Shown: positions 29,708 to 40,549, numbered from the stretch's first letter. The stretch: 64,000 bases of DNA from Desulfosudaceae bacterium (GCA_963674745.2 CAXXDV010000001.1:704001-768000), one strand, 5' to 3'. Notes: generated from the letters alone by a model not told the origin. Numbers and translations: made by a program.

Positions 29708-32700
29708 TTATGCGGAAGGGGTCTCGGCCCGGGCGACAATGGCTTCGGCCACCTTTTCGGCCGAGCGGCCGAAAAGGTCTTTGATATCAACCAGCTCCAG
29801 AAACTCATCCTGCCAGACCACGTTGTTTTCCTGGACGATATTTTTGATGCGCTCGCCTTTTCCACCCAGGGCTTTTTTCTTGACCGACAGGGTCGCGTCC
29901 GGCTTGAAAGCAATGTTCAACAGCAGGATAAAGCGGATCATGCCGCCGGCAGCAGCCGATGAGGAAAGGATGGGAATCACGATAATCGAGCGGTCGTCCT
30001 TGCGGCCCTTGCCGATGTAGACATTCCCTTCCCGGACAATAATTTTCTTGCTGCCCTTGAGCCGGTTGTCGTTTTCCACCCGGGAGGGGATCGGTGCCAG
30101 CACACCGTCTTTTTTCAAAATCGTAATGGTCGTTTCTTCGGTGGGTTCTCCCAGCAGGCTCAACCGGTCCACTTCATATAAAATGGCTCCTTTGATATCG
30201 GCCACGACTCCTTGAAGATTTTTTAAAACCACGACATTAGTGTTGATCAGCTGCGACAGGCTTATCCCGTACCTGGTCAGGGCGTCGAACAGAACCCCTT
30301 CCATGGTCTGGGTAATACGGCTGGTACCGACCGTCACCGTCTTGGCCTGATGCTTGATGGCGTCAATGGGGCGGGCCATCTGGTTAATGGAATCGTTGAT
30401 AAATTCAAACAGGGTATTGAGCATATTCGGTGCCGTTCCAGTCCGGCCGAAATCCAGTTCAAAATCGGCCAGGGGCAGGCGTCCGGCCAAGTATTTTAAC
30501 AGCAGGGCGATGTCGGACGAAAACGCGATGCGCGACGGGGCTTTACGGTCTTCCCGGCAGGAACGAAATTTATGATAAAAACGGATGACCCGCTCCCGGA
30601 AACCTTTTTCCAGGACCATTTCAAAGGCATCAAGGCCCTTTTCCCGGTAAGTTTCGATGCCCTGGCGCATCTCCTCCCGAAAATCGTGAAGCATCCTGGA
30701 CCCGTCATTTATGGCCAGGGCGGCGTAATACCCCCACAAATGCCCGGCAAATGTATTGACGATGGGGCCGAAATGTTCGGCCGTCTGCGGAACGTAAATA
30801 ATCCCGGCCGCGTAAGGGGAAAAGCGGTCCTCGCCTTCGTCCGTGATAATCACGGGAACGGCTTTATGTGCCCGGAATATGGCTGTATCCTTGATAATAT
30901 CATCCAGAACCCCGGATCGGGATCCGGCCGCGCAAACGATAATAAGCGGTTCAGCGGAAAGATCAATGTGCTTCTTGTCTTCCACAAAATCCGAGGATAT
31001 GGTCTTGTAACACAGTTCGCTCAGTTTGATCCGGATTTCATCCGCCGAAGCCTTGTTGGGGCCGCTGCCCACAACCGCCCAGTAGGGCCTGGTTGCAGCC
31101 AGCCGCCTGGCAATGGCTTTAATTTCGTCCTTGCCGGCGAAAATTTTCCGCAACGTCAACGGCAGCCTGGCCAGCTGCCGGATTTCATCAGAGATAAAAT
31201 TTCTGTTCCGGACCCCCTTGAGCCCGACGATATAAAGCCCCAGCATGGCCGCGGCCACCACCTGGGAATAAAAGGCCTTGGTAGAAGCCACCGACATTTC
31301 AATATCGCGTCCGGTACTGGTATAAAAAACACCGTCAACCTTAAAGGTAATATCCGAATCCCGCCGGTTGACGATGGCCACGGTATGGGCCCCCAGTTTT
31401 CTGACCATATCCAGGGCGCGGTTGGTGTCCGTGGTCGTGCCGGACTGGCTGACGGCGATAACCAGCGTATCGCTCATTGACCGGGGCCGGTCCGCTTCGG
31501 CCAGGTTGAAACCGCTCAACTCCGATGATTTCAAGGCCCGCACGGTGATGGTCGGATCCGACAGGTAATAGTTCAATATATCGGCACCGGCAAGAGCGGC
31601 CACCCCCGCCGTTCCCTGGCCGATAAAAAAGATGCGGCGCACAGTGTCATTTTTCAATGCGGCGGCCAGGGTGTCGGGAACAACGTCGGCCGACAGCCGG
31701 ACTTCGAAACGGGCCCTGTCATCGGCCGCTACCTGCCAGCGGTTACGGAGCGTTTTTTCAATGGAAAGCGGCGCTTCTGAAATTTCTTTTAAAAAATAAT
31801 GGGTATGCCCCTGCCGATCAACATCCCTGGAAGTGATCGCTGTCTGCAGGATGTCTTTTTCGGAGAACGTCACCGGACGGCCGTCATACCGCATGACCGA
31901 TATACCATCAAGCCCCCCCGCGGCCTGATCCAGCACCACAATCTGCCCGGCCGAGTCCTCGTCTGCGGCTGCCGCGCCATCGGCATTCATTTTAATAAAC
32001 CGGGACGTCTCTTCCACCACCCCGTAAAGCTCTGACGCCACAATATAATGGTTGTCCGCCAGCCCGATAAACAATGCCTGGCCGCTGCCCTTTTGCGCGA
32101 AAAACATTTTTCCCGGCGCCAGGTCGGTCTGCATGGATATGGCATGGGCACCGGAAAAGTCGTTGACGGCCATTCGAAACGCTTCGGTTATGTCATGACC
32201 CTGCCGGACGTAACGGGCGATGCGGACAGGAATCATCTTGGTATCGGTGGTAATCTCCGGGGCGATGGTCTCGCCTGCGGCTTCGTGTTCCGCCTGGAGC
32301 TGCTGATAATTATCAATATCGCCGTTAAGGCAGGCATGAATAATATAATCTTTTGATTCCGGAAGGCCGGTGATATTGTCCAGGGGGTGGCAGTTGGCTT
32401 CCGTAATTGTTCCCACAGAGGCCCAGCGCGTATGGGCAGACAACGTGTACTCCTGCCAATCGCCTGCCAGCATGCAATGAAACACCCCGTCATCGGTTAC
32501 AGCCTGTCTTAAAAAACGGACATTGTCTCCCAGGCTGCCGATTTCGGCGGCATACTTGTAAACAAAAGCCACGCACACGATATGGGTGTTATCGTTTTTA
32601 GAAACCCTTATCGAGGCATTGGTCAGAAGGGTTTTATCGCATCGTTCCGCGAACGCCTGCGCCCTTCCGGTTTTTTCCAGGTCGGCGGAAAAACGGGCGA

Positions 32701-33289
32701 AGGATTCCATGGTCAGGGAAAAAAGAATCGATACCCCGGCAGAGTCACGCCCCCGGACCTCCAACCTGTCCAGGCTGTTAAAAATGGCGTTGATCTTTTT
32801 CAGCAGGGCAATGGCATCAGCAGCCGCGATACCGGTCGGCGCCAGGTCCCGCGTTTTGGCCACATTGCCGCAGACCTCATGCTTCAGACACCACCAGATA
32901 TCACGCAAGCGTTCCAGACGGGCCTCGGTCATTTCGCCGGTTTTCAGGTCAAGAGAGGCCTTTTCATACTGACCGACGGCTTCTGTTTCAGCCTGAAGGA
33001 CCGCCTCGAGCCTGTCAGCCGCTGCTTTTACCTGTTGATAGTCCGATGGATTACTGAACAGATAATAAAAAAAAGGGTCCGTCTTCAGCCGGCAGGCCAT
33101 ATTCCACAGCTGCTCGACGGTTTCATGCCCCCCGAGGTAATCATCACCGGCAAAGCATTCGCCCTGCTGACAATGATGCCAAGTGTTTTCAGCAACATTT
33201 CCTGTCAACCGGTCCAGGTCGGCCAACTGGATCTCGGCCTGTTGACGGTCTTTAAATTTAACCGGGATAATTGAAGAAATACCGCACAT
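29708..33289 (-). CDS. glmS: Enlarged GlmS-like glutamine amidotransferase / double-SIS protein
   Basis: MCGI, RLEVRGRDSAG, HTRWAS, NGDIDNY, SQSGTT, VASTKAF, HQAKTVTVG; 1193 aa. Confidence 0.78.
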   Translation of the reverse strand: MCGISSIIPVKFKDRQQAEIQLADLDRLTGNVAENTWHHCQQGECFAGDDYLGGHETVEQLWNMACRLKTDPFFYYLFSNPSDYQQVKAAADRLEAVLQAETEAVGQYEKASLDLKTGEMTEARLERLRDIWWCLKHEVCGNVAKTRDLAPTGIAAADAIALLKKINAIFNSLDRLEVRGRDSAGVSILFSLTMESFARFSADLEKTGRAQAFAERCDKTLLTNASIRVSKNDNTHIVCVAFVYKYAAEIGSLGDNVRFLRQAVTDDGVFHCMLAGDWQEYTLSAHTRWASVGTITEANCHPLDNITGLPESKDYIIHACLNGDIDNYQQLQAEHEAAGETIAPEITTDTKMIPVRIARYVRQGHDITEAFRMAVNDFSGAHAISMQTDLAPGKMFFAQKGSGQALFIGLADNHYIVASELYGVVEETSRFIKMNADGAAAADEDSAGQIVVLDQAAGGLDGISVMRYDGRPVTFSEKDILQTAITSRDVDRQGHTHYFLKEISEAPLSIEKTLRNRWQVAADDRARFEVRLSADVVPDTLAAALKNDTVRRIFFIGQGTAGVAALAGADILNYYLSDPTITVRALKSSELSGFNLAEADRPRSMSDTLVIAVSQSGTTTDTNRALDMVRKLGAHTVAIVNRRDSDITFKVDGVFYTSTGRDIEMSVASTKAFYSQVVAAAMLGLYIVGLKGVRNRNFISDEIRQLARLPLTLRKIFAGKDEIKAIARRLAATRPYWAVVGSGPNKASADEIRIKLSELCYKTISSDFVEDKKHIDLSAEPLIIVCAAGSRSGVLDDIIKDTAIFRAHKAVPVIITDEGEDRFSPYAAGIIYVPQTAEHFGPIVNTFAGHLWGYYAALAINDGSRMLHDFREEMRQGIETYREKGLDAFEMVLEKGFRERVIRFYHKFRSCREDRKAPSRIAFSSDIALLLKYLAGRLPLADFELDFGRTGTAPNMLNTLFEFINDSINQMARPIDAIKHQAKTVTVGTSRITQTMEGVLFDALTRYGISLSQLINTNVVVLKNLQGVVADIKGAILYEVDRLSLLGEPTEETTITILKKDGVLAPIPSRVENDNRLKGSKKIIVREGNVYIGKGRKDDRSIIVIPILSSSAAAGGMIRFILLLNIAFKPDATLSVKKKALGGKGERIKNIVQENNVVWQDEFLELVDIKDLFGRSAEKVAEAIVARAETPSA

Positions 33290-33336
33290 GCCCCACCTCG
33301 AACGATTTTTAAGACATTGGACTTTTTACTCTGCCA

Positions 33337-35262
33337 TCATTTGATGCGGGTGCCGGGAAGGATATCCCCGTCCAATGTAACCACAGCCGCCTGGTCTTCA
33401 TTGATGGCGGCCAGGACCATACCATGGGATTCCACGCCCATCAACTTGGCCGGCTTCAGGTTGGCCACGATCACCACCTGTTTGCCGACCAGGGTTTCTG
33501 GCGCGTATTTTTCCGCCAGACCGGCCACAACCGTCCGTTTTTCGCCGATATCCACTGACAGCTTCAACAGTTTCTTTGCCTTGGGAATCTTTTCCGCGGC
33601 AAGCACCGTACCCACCCGGAGGTCAACTTTTGAGAACTGGTCAATCCCGATCTCCGGCTCAATCTTTGGCCTGGCCTTATCAGGCTTCTTTTCGGCCGGC
33701 GATGTCGAAACTGTTTTCTTATCCACCCGGGGGAACAGGGAAACCGGTTTTAACACACGGGTACCCGGCACGGTCGCCCCCCAGGTTTTCAACGCCTCCA
33801 GCGTAAAGACCGCCGTCTGGCCGTCAGAAGTCAAACCGAGTTGTTTCGCCATGGTCTGCGCGGTGCCGGGCATGACCGGGGAGACAAGACCGGCGATGAT
33901 CCGCAACCCCTCCAGAAGGGTGTACATCACCGCATCCAGGGCTTTTTTACTGTCCACGTCTTTGGCCAGTTCCCAGGGTGCCGTATAATCAACAAAGCGG
34001 TTCATGGCGCTGATAAACTCCCATACGGCCGCCAGGGCCCGGGAAAAAGCAAAACCCGCCATATGGTTTTCATATTCGGCGACCGTTTTTTCAGCCAGCG
34101 CTTTTAAGTTCAACTCCGTTTCCGGCAAAACGGCAGGATCAAAGACCGGAACCAATCCGCCGCAATACTTGTTCACCATGGCCAGCACCCGGGAGAAAAG
34201 GTTGCCGATATCATTGGCCAGATCAGCATTGATCCGGTCAACCAGGGCATCTTCAGAGAAACTGGCATCAAGGCCGAAGGTCATCTCCCGGCATAAAAAA
34301 TACCGGAACGCGTCAAGACCGTAAATATCCTTCATTTCCAACGGGCTGACCACATTACCCAAACTTTTGGACATTTTACTCTGATCAATCTTCCAGAAAC
34401 CGTGAACATTGAGATGCTGATAAATCGGAATACCTGCGGCTTTAAGCATGATCGGCCAGTAAATGCCATGGGGTTTTATAATATCCTTGGCCGTCAGGTG
34501 CTGGGATACCGGCCAGAACTTCTTGAAATTTTCGCCATCCGGAAAACCAAGAGCGGAAATATAGTTGGTCAGAGCGTCAAACCAGACATAGGTCACATAA
34601 TTTTCATCAAACGGCAGGGTAATCCCCCAGTCAAGCCTGGACTTGGGGCGGGAAATGCATAAATCCTCGAGTGGCTCTTTTAAAAAAGAAAGGATTTCAT
34701 TGCGGTAGGCCTCCGGCCGGATAGACGCCGGATTGGCCTTTATGTGGTCAATCAGCCATTGCTGATATTTGCTCATCTTAAAAAAATAATTGGCTTCCTT
34801 GAGAACCTCCGGAGCTGTTTCATGGTCCGGACATTTACCGTCAACCAGTTCCCGTTCACCATAAAACCGCTCGCAGCCGAAACAGTAAAGCCCCTCATAT
34901 TCACTGAAATAGATGTCACCGGCGTCGTAAATGCGCGTCAACAGGTTGCTGACCACCTGTTTGTGCTCCTCGTCGGTGGTTCGGATAAATTGGGAGTACT
35001 GAATATTCAACTCCGGCCACAGCCCTCTGAACAGCGCGCTTATTTTGTCGGCATAGGCTTTTGGAGAAATGTTTTCAGCTGCCGCCGCTTTCATGATTTT
35101 GTCGCCATGCTCATCCGTGCCGGTCAGCAGGAAGGTCTCTTTCCGGCACATGGCATTAAACCGACAGGCCACATCCGCTGTTATGGTCGTATAGGCATGC
35201 CCCAGGTGAGGCCTGGCGTTAACATAATAAATCGGCGTCGTCAGATAGTAAGGTTCCGCCAT
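33337..35262 (-). CDS. metG: Methionine--tRNA ligase with C-terminal tRNA-binding domain
   Basis: TTPIYYVN..HLGH, TGTDEHG, KMSKS, DLRVG..NLKPAKLMGVESHGM. Confidence 0.97.
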   Translation of the reverse strand: MAEPYYLTTPIYYVNARPHLGHAYTTITADVACRFNAMCRKETFLLTGTDEHGDKIMKAAAAENISPKAYADKISALFRGLWPELNIQYSQFIRTTDEEHKQVVSNLLTRIYDAGDIYFSEYEGLYCFGCERFYGERELVDGKCPDHETAPEVLKEANYFFKMSKYQQWLIDHIKANPASIRPEAYRNEILSFLKEPLEDLCISRPKSRLDWGITLPFDENYVTYVWFDALTNYISALGFPDGENFKKFWPVSQHLTAKDIIKPHGIYWPIMLKAAGIPIYQHLNVHGFWKIDQSKMSKSLGNVVSPLEMKDIYGLDAFRYFLCREMTFGLDASFSEDALVDRINADLANDIGNLFSRVLAMVNKYCGGLVPVFDPAVLPETELNLKALAEKTVAEYENHMAGFAFSRALAAVWEFISAMNRFVDYTAPWELAKDVDSKKALDAVMYTLLEGLRIIAGLVSPVMPGTAQTMAKQLGLTSDGQTAVFTLEALKTWGATVPGTRVLKPVSLFPRVDKKTVSTSPAEKKPDKARPKIEPEIGIDQFSKVDLRVGTVLAAEKIPKAKKLLKLSVDIGEKRTVVAGLAEKYAPETLVGKQVVIVANLKPAKLMGVESHGMVLAAINEDQAAVVTLDGDILPGTRIK

Positions 35263-36082
35263 AATCTGTTTCCTCTGTTTCATCATCATCGCTCCGGATC
35301 TGATTCAGAGCGACATCCGTCACGGTTCCGTCTTCTTTTTCGATGGTCACCCGTTTGGCGATCACGTTATGGCCGATGACCTTGCCTTCGGCCCGACCGG
35401 TTTTAATGCGCTCACCAATAGCGGGGATCTCTTTTTTCAAGGTCCGGTAGGATTCCTCTTCAAATGCCAGGCAGCACATCAATCGGCCACAAACGCCTGA
35501 AATTTTTGTCGGATTCAGGGAAAGCCCCTGGTTTTTGGCCATGCGGATGGAAATGGGATCAAATTTCCGCATAAACGCCGCGCAGCAGATTTCCCGCCCG
35601 CACCGTCCGATACCACCGGTCATTTTGGCCTGGTTGCGGATCCCCACCTGCCGCATTTCGATTTTAATACGAAACTGTTTCACCAGTCGCTTGACCAGTT
35701 CCCTGAAATCGACCCGTCCGTCAGCCGTATAGAGAAAGGTCAATTTTCTGGCATCAAAAGAGCAGTCAACCGAAAAAAGATTCATCTCCAGGCCCAGATC
35801 CAGAATCTGTGACCGGCAGAAATCCAGACCCTGCTGTTCCAGGGACCGGTTTTCTTCAAGCTGAGAAAAATCCTTGTCAACCGCTTTACGATGGACCTTT
35901 TTAAGGGGTGTTTTGATCCGCTCCGGGTTGACCTGCGACGGTCCGCTGGAAACCACACCCATGCCGTATCCCTGCTCGGTTTCCACAATCACGTAGTCAC
36001 CGATTTCCAGCACGAAGGCACCACAGTCAAAAATATAGGGTTTGCCGTCCGGCTTGAATTTTATCTCAACCGTTTTCCGCAT
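35219..36082 (-). CDS. PSP1 / RicT (YaaT) family protein
   Basis: RVDFRELVK, GGIGRCGREICC, MAKNQGLSLNPTKISGVCGRLMCCL; holB-PSP1-metG order. Confidence 0.93.
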   Translation of the reverse strand: MRKTVEIKFKPDGKPYIFDCGAFVLEIGDYVIVETEQGYGMGVVSSGPSQVNPERIKTPLKKVHRKAVDKDFSQLEENRSLEQQGLDFCRSQILDLGLEMNLFSVDCSFDARKLTFLYTADGRVDFRELVKRLVKQFRIKIEMRQVGIRNQAKMTGGIGRCGREICCAAFMRKFDPISIRMAKNQGLSLNPTKISGVCGRLMCCLAFEEESYRTLKKEIPAIGERIKTGRAEGKVIGHNVIAKRVTIEKEDGTVTDVALNQIRSDDDETEETDYGGTLLSDDADLLC

Positions 36083-36114
36083 GCTTTATTAAACAACTCC
36101 ACAAATTCTGTTGA

Positions 36115-37161
36115 TCAGGCGGTCTTGTCTGCCAGTCGCAGGGCCATCACTTCCAGCATCAGGCGCTGGTTGCCATGTTGCCGTATCGCCTGAGCCGCAT
36201 CTGTAACGGCATCCATTTTAAAAAAAAGGGCGGCCGGGCTGTTGTGCCGTGCAAGATCAGCAATGGCCTCCCGCAGGTCCGTACTGGTAATTTTTTCCGG
36301 GCAGCAGAGACTGACCGCAGCGTCCCGCAAAAACCGCCGGATCATTTCCAGTGACGGCAGTAAATTCTTCCTGTCCCCGGCCAGTTTTTGCGCAAACGTC
36401 AGTATCACCGGCAGCGGGCTTGACGGCAGGCGGCTCATTTCCATAACCAGCCATTTCCGTCTCAGCACCATATCCCTTAACCGTTCCGGTCGCTCCGCCA
36501 GCGCCAGGGCTTCTGCCATGCTGCCCTCGGATATAACGGCCGCCAATCCAGCCGACGACGGCTCCAACCCGCAGTTGTGAACGAGACAGTGCTCAATCTT
36601 TTCAGTGGAAACGGGGTTGAACCGGACATGCTGACAACGGGAAACAACCGTCGGCAGGAGATCCGCCGTCTGACCCGCGGTAAGAAAAAAATATGTCTGC
36701 GGGGGCGGTTCCTCCAAAGCTTTTAAAAGGGCGTTCGAGGCTTCCACGTTCATCGCCTGGGCGTCGGAAATAACAACCACACGAGCCCTCGCATCATGTG
36801 GTTTAAATGTCAATCTTTGAGAAAGCTCACGAACCTGAGCTATTTTGATGACATCACCCTCCGGCTCAACGATAATCACGTCCGGATGACTGCCAGCCAT
36901 AATCTTGACACAGCTGTTACACTGGCCGCAAGGCGTCATCATCTCGTGAGATCCGGCACTCGCATCTCTGCCAGTTGCTATGGTAACCGGCTGCAACACC
37001 TGACAGTTCTGCACCATGGCAAAAAGAACCGCTGCCGTCCGTTTGCCGATACCGTCAATGCCGGTGAAGAGAAAAGCGTGGGGGATATTTCCTTTTGCCA
37101 GAATGCCGGATAAAATCCTCAGAGGCCTCTTTTGATCAACAAGGCCCTCAAATCGCGGCAC
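36115..37161 (-). CDS. holB: DNA polymerase III delta' subunit
   Basis: HAFLFTG..GIGK, PCGQCNSC..HPD, NALLKALEEP, PTVVSRC. Confidence 0.95.
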   Translation of the reverse strand: MPRFEGLVDQKRPLRILSGILAKGNIPHAFLFTGIDGIGKRTAAVLFAMVQNCQVLQPVTIATGRDASAGSHEMMTPCGQCNSCVKIMAGSHPDVIIVEPEGDVIKIAQVRELSQRLTFKPHDARARVVVISDAQAMNVEASNALLKALEEPPPQTYFFLTAGQTADLLPTVVSRCQHVRFNPVSTEKIEHCLVHNCGLEPSSAGLAAVISEGSMAEALALAERPERLRDMVLRRKWLVMEMSRLPSSPLPVILTFAQKLAGDRKNLLPSLEMIRRFLRDAAVSLCCPEKITSTDLREAIADLARHNSPAALFFKMDAVTDAAQAIRQHGNQRLMLEVMALRLADKTA

Positions 37162-37165
37162 AAAG

Positions 37166-37441
37166 CTAATAGTTAACCCTGTCTTTCAGCTCTTTTCCGC
37201 ACTTAAAGAACGGAAGTTTTTTAGGGGATATGGTCACCCGTTCACCGGTCTTCGGATTCCTGCCGGTATAACTTTTATACTCTTTGACAAAAAAGCTGCA
37301 CAACCCGCGAATTTCGATCCGTTCACCTTCAGCCAGGTTGTTTGCCATGGAATCAAAGAAGATTTTCACGACCTTGGCGGATTCAGCTTTAGAAATGCCC
37401 GCTTTGTCTTTCAGAGCGGTGATAAGCTCTAACTTGTTCAT
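37166..37441 (-). CDS. ihfB: IHF beta / HU family DNA-binding protein
   Basis: MNKLELI..GERIEIRG..GRNPKTGE..PFFKCGKELK. Confidence 0.85.
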   Translation of the reverse strand: MNKLELITALKDKAGISKAESAKVVKIFFDSMANNLAEGERIEIRGLCSFFVKEYKSYTGRNPKTGERVTISPKKLPFFKCGKELKDRVNY

Positions 37442-37554
37442 CCATCCTCCCTTATTTTTAAGTAAAGTCCAAATTATTTACTGAAATATCATGTCTGGCA
37501 ACGGGTCATCAAATAATGACGTTAAACCATACAATATCATAAGAAGTCAAGAGA

Positions 37555-38079
37555 TTATAAGATTTTTACGGAAAGTGGCTCCACATCCTCGACGGCGACA
37601 TTAATTGAAGCCGCCTGCCCCATCGCTTCAATGTTAACAACCACGCGGTCCGATCCATGATACTGAACGAATATACCGACGACGCCGGCAAAAGGGCCCG
37701 CGACCACCCGGACAGCGTCGCCGTGCTTTAAAAAATTTACCGCTTCGACATATTCATTGGCCTGAACAATGATTCTTAGGGAGTCAATAACTTCGGGTGC
37801 CACGGGAATGGGGACATCGCGGTTGCCGATCAGCTTGACGACACCGACGGTTTTTAGCACCTCCAGTTTTTCAGCCGGTGTGACGGCGGTTTTCACAAAA
37901 AGGTAACCGGGGAAAAGGGGCTGCTGCAGATACAGACGCCGATCCGTTCTCCGGCTCCGCCTCCTGATGGTCGGCAAAAAAACGTTTTTATTTTTTTTGG
38001 CCAGGCCCTGATAAACAACATTTTCAAACTTGCTTCTGGTATGAAGCACATACCAGGCCTGTTCTTGGTCCAACGACAT
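37555..38079 (-). CDS. NusG paralogue (UpxY/RfaH/LoaP-type antiterminator)
   Basis: WYVLHTRS, PLFPGYLFV, KOW motif GDAVRVVAGPFAG. Confidence 0.88.
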   Translation of the reverse strand: MSLDQEQAWYVLHTRSKFENVVYQGLAKKNKNVFLPTIRRRSRRTDRRLYLQQPLFPGYLFVKTAVTPAEKLEVLKTVGVVKLIGNRDVPIPVAPEVIDSLRIIVQANEYVEAVNFLKHGDAVRVVAGPFAGVVGIFVQYHGSDRVVVNIEAMGQAASINVAVEDVEPLSVKIL

Positions 38080-38103
38080 TGTGTTTCCCAGAATATCAAT
38101 TAA

Positions 38104-40389
38104 TTACATCATGTTATCATTTGACGTGTTACTGCTTTCCATATCACTGAACCCGCTCAACCTGATCATAAAAGACAATGTATCATCATCCGGTTCATCC
38201 GTGAAGCGAACATCAAATGACCAGCAATCGGCAGTATAAAGGCAACCGACACTGGTTTCAATGTCCAAATGATTAAAAAGATTATGCTCGCTGTCTGCGT
38301 ACAGTTTCAAATGACGGCCCAGGGTCAGCGCCCCTCTGGCGTAAATGGATTCCGCCGTATCCCGATCATATCGATAGGCGACATACAGGGCGTCACCCCG
38401 ATGATCAAACAGGTTCATGGTGATGTCGAATTCGGACCAGCCGTGCTCATACTTGTCCCAGCCGGCATCCAGGTCAAACCTGAAATTATTGACGGGTGTA
38501 AAATCCAATTCAACCCTGAGGGGATAAAAAGGGCGCCGACTGGTCTGGTCTCTCCAGTCGGTCGGGTCATCCGCCCGGGCCTCTTTGATATCATAGCTTT
38601 GTTCGATGTTGAATCTGCCCACCTCCCGATAGCGGTACCCCGGGGTGTCATCACCACCAACCGCCGTCGATGCGCTTTTTACAGTAAAGACATTCTCAAA
38701 AGAAAAGGTGATCAGGTTCCCGTCGGAAATCACGTCAAGGTCGTCATCAAATACCGGAAAAGGATCGTCCTGTTCCGGAGAAATCACATACTCATATACG
38801 ACCCGGGGCAGGATCGTGTGCCTCAGCCTTGAGCCGGCCTCCCGATCCAGGGCAAACACCCGGCTCAACTCGGATGACAGGTCCAGTTTCATGTCGTACA
38901 CCGTCCGGGTAACGCCCCTTTCCATATCGGGATTTGACGGATCCCGCTCATCCATCCACCAGGCGGTTTCCCGGATGCCGGCCGAGGGTTCGACGGCCAG
39001 AAGGTCGCCCCAGTAGAGGGGCAAATAAACTCTGGGATGAACATCCGTGCGATGGCCTTTTAAGCCATCCTGCCGAAAGCAGAAGGTATACTCGCTTTCC
39101 AGGTCATAATTCAGCGGAATACCGGGCACCGTTTGCCTGACAGCGTTAAACAGAATCACCGGCAGACGCTGCACGGTTGTGTCCGTTTCCTCCCAGCGTC
39201 TCTTGATAACGTCGTCTTCCCATCGCAACGCGGCATTCAGGCTGTATTGCGCCCAGGGCCGGTGCAGACTCAAATTGTTGGTGCGGATGGTCTCCTCTTG
39301 CGCATCAAGGTCCCGGCCAAAAACGCTCTCAAAATAGGCGTCGGTTTTATCAAACCCCATGTAGCCGTTTTCAAACTCGACCAGATAATCCTGATCACTG
39401 ACGACATCAAGATCCATCCGGGCCGTCAATCCGCCGAAAAGCGCCTGTTCCTGCTTCATTCGAAACCAGTAACGCCCCGCGTTGGTCCGCAACCACCGGT
39501 CATCGTTGTAACCGTAATCGTAATCCGCGTCGAGGCCCTGATCGTTTTTTCGGCTGTCGTTCAGCCCGTCCGCCATCACCGCGATTTTAGAGTTTTCGGA
39601 AAAAGCCTGGCGGTACTCTGCTCCCAGTCTCAGGCCCCGCCGGCTCATGGCATGAGCGTATACTGTCATATCGCTGCTGTCATTGATGGCCCAGAAAAAC
39701 GGCTGGTTGAACTCCATCCCTTTTTCTTTTGAGTAATCCAGCTCCGGAACCAGCAGACCGGTCTGGCGACTGATTTTTACCGGGAAAAACAGGTAGGGCA
39801 CATACAATAAGGGTAATTTTTTCACCCAGAAGGCCGCATGCCGGACCGAGCCATATCCGTCCACGGTTATGGAAAGATCCCGGCCGGTCATATGCCAGTC
39901 GGGGTCTTCCGGGTCGCAGGTGGTCAGGCGGAATTTGTCGGCCTGGTAAGTATCCGGACCGATCTTTTCAATACGGTCTCCGGCCACAAAAAAATGATGC
40001 CGACCGACAAACAGCTGCCCGCTGTAGATCGTGCCCGTCCCGGCCGCAAGGTTCATTTCCATCCTGTCTCCGGAAAGGGTGTCCTGACCGGTTGTCATCA
40101 CCACGTTACCGACGGCGAGAATATCCTGGCTGTTACCGTCGAACCGGATGGTATCGGCCCGCACCCGCTTTTCCCCCCTGGTCACAACGACTTCGCCTTC
40201 GGCAATGTATTTATTGTTTTCCAGCGACCGGATGGTATCGGCCTCGATCTGCCAGGGCGACTGGGAATCGCCAAAGCCGAAAACCGGCGGCTCCTGGGCG
40301 AAACAACAGCACACGACCGACAGGCAGCAGAAAAAAAGGCTGCAAACCGCGATCTTAATATGAAAAACGTTACGCTTTGTCTTTAACAA
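38104..40389 (-). CDS. lptD: LPS assembly protein LptD
   Basis: IEAD..AEGEVVV OstA-like domain, TTCD..W, RQTGLLVP, PFFWAI, SDQDYL, terminal CW strand. Confidence 0.9.
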   Translation of the reverse strand: MLKTKRNVFHIKIAVCSLFFCCLSVVCCCFAQEPPVFGFGDSQSPWQIEADTIRSLENNKYIAEGEVVVTRGEKRVRADTIRFDGNSQDILAVGNVVMTTGQDTLSGDRMEMNLAAGTGTIYSGQLFVGRHHFFVAGDRIEKIGPDTYQADKFRLTTCDPEDPDWHMTGRDLSITVDGYGSVRHAAFWVKKLPLLYVPYLFFPVKISRQTGLLVPELDYSKEKGMEFNQPFFWAINDSSDMTVYAHAMSRRGLRLGAEYRQAFSENSKIAVMADGLNDSRKNDQGLDADYDYGYNDDRWLRTNAGRYWFRMKQEQALFGGLTARMDLDVVSDQDYLVEFENGYMGFDKTDAYFESVFGRDLDAQEETIRTNNLSLHRPWAQYSLNAALRWEDDVIKRRWEETDTTVQRLPVILFNAVRQTVPGIPLNYDLESEYTFCFRQDGLKGHRTDVHPRVYLPLYWGDLLAVEPSAGIRETAWWMDERDPSNPDMERGVTRTVYDMKLDLSSELSRVFALDREAGSRLRHTILPRVVYEYVISPEQDDPFPVFDDDLDVISDGNLITFSFENVFTVKSASTAVGGDDTPGYRYREVGRFNIEQSYDIKEARADDPTDWRDQTSRRPFYPLRVELDFTPVNNFRFDLDAGWDKYEHGWSEFDITMNLFDHRGDALYVAYRYDRDTAESIYARGALTLGRHLKLYADSEHNLFNHLDIETSVGCLYTADCWSFDVRFTDEPDDDTLSFMIRLSGFSDMESSNTSNDNMM

Positions 40390-40549
40390 CGGCCGCCCCG
40401 GATTTATCCGCTTTTACCTGTGTGTTGATGGCCTCATAAATCATCTGGAATGATTCAGGAAAATTGGCCGGAGAGATTCTGCCGATTTCAATAAACTTGA
40501 CCACCACTTCCTTGGCGGTGCGTAACACCTGATCTTCCCTTGCCCCCAT
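40370..40549 (-). CDS. Small hypothetical protein (59 aa)
   Basis: AGGAG RBS; LRTAKEVVVKFIEIGRISP; overlaps the lptD start. Confidence 0.75.
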   Translation of the reverse strand: MGAREDQVLRTAKEVVVKFIEIGRISPANFPESFQMIYEAINTQVKADKSGAAVVKDKA

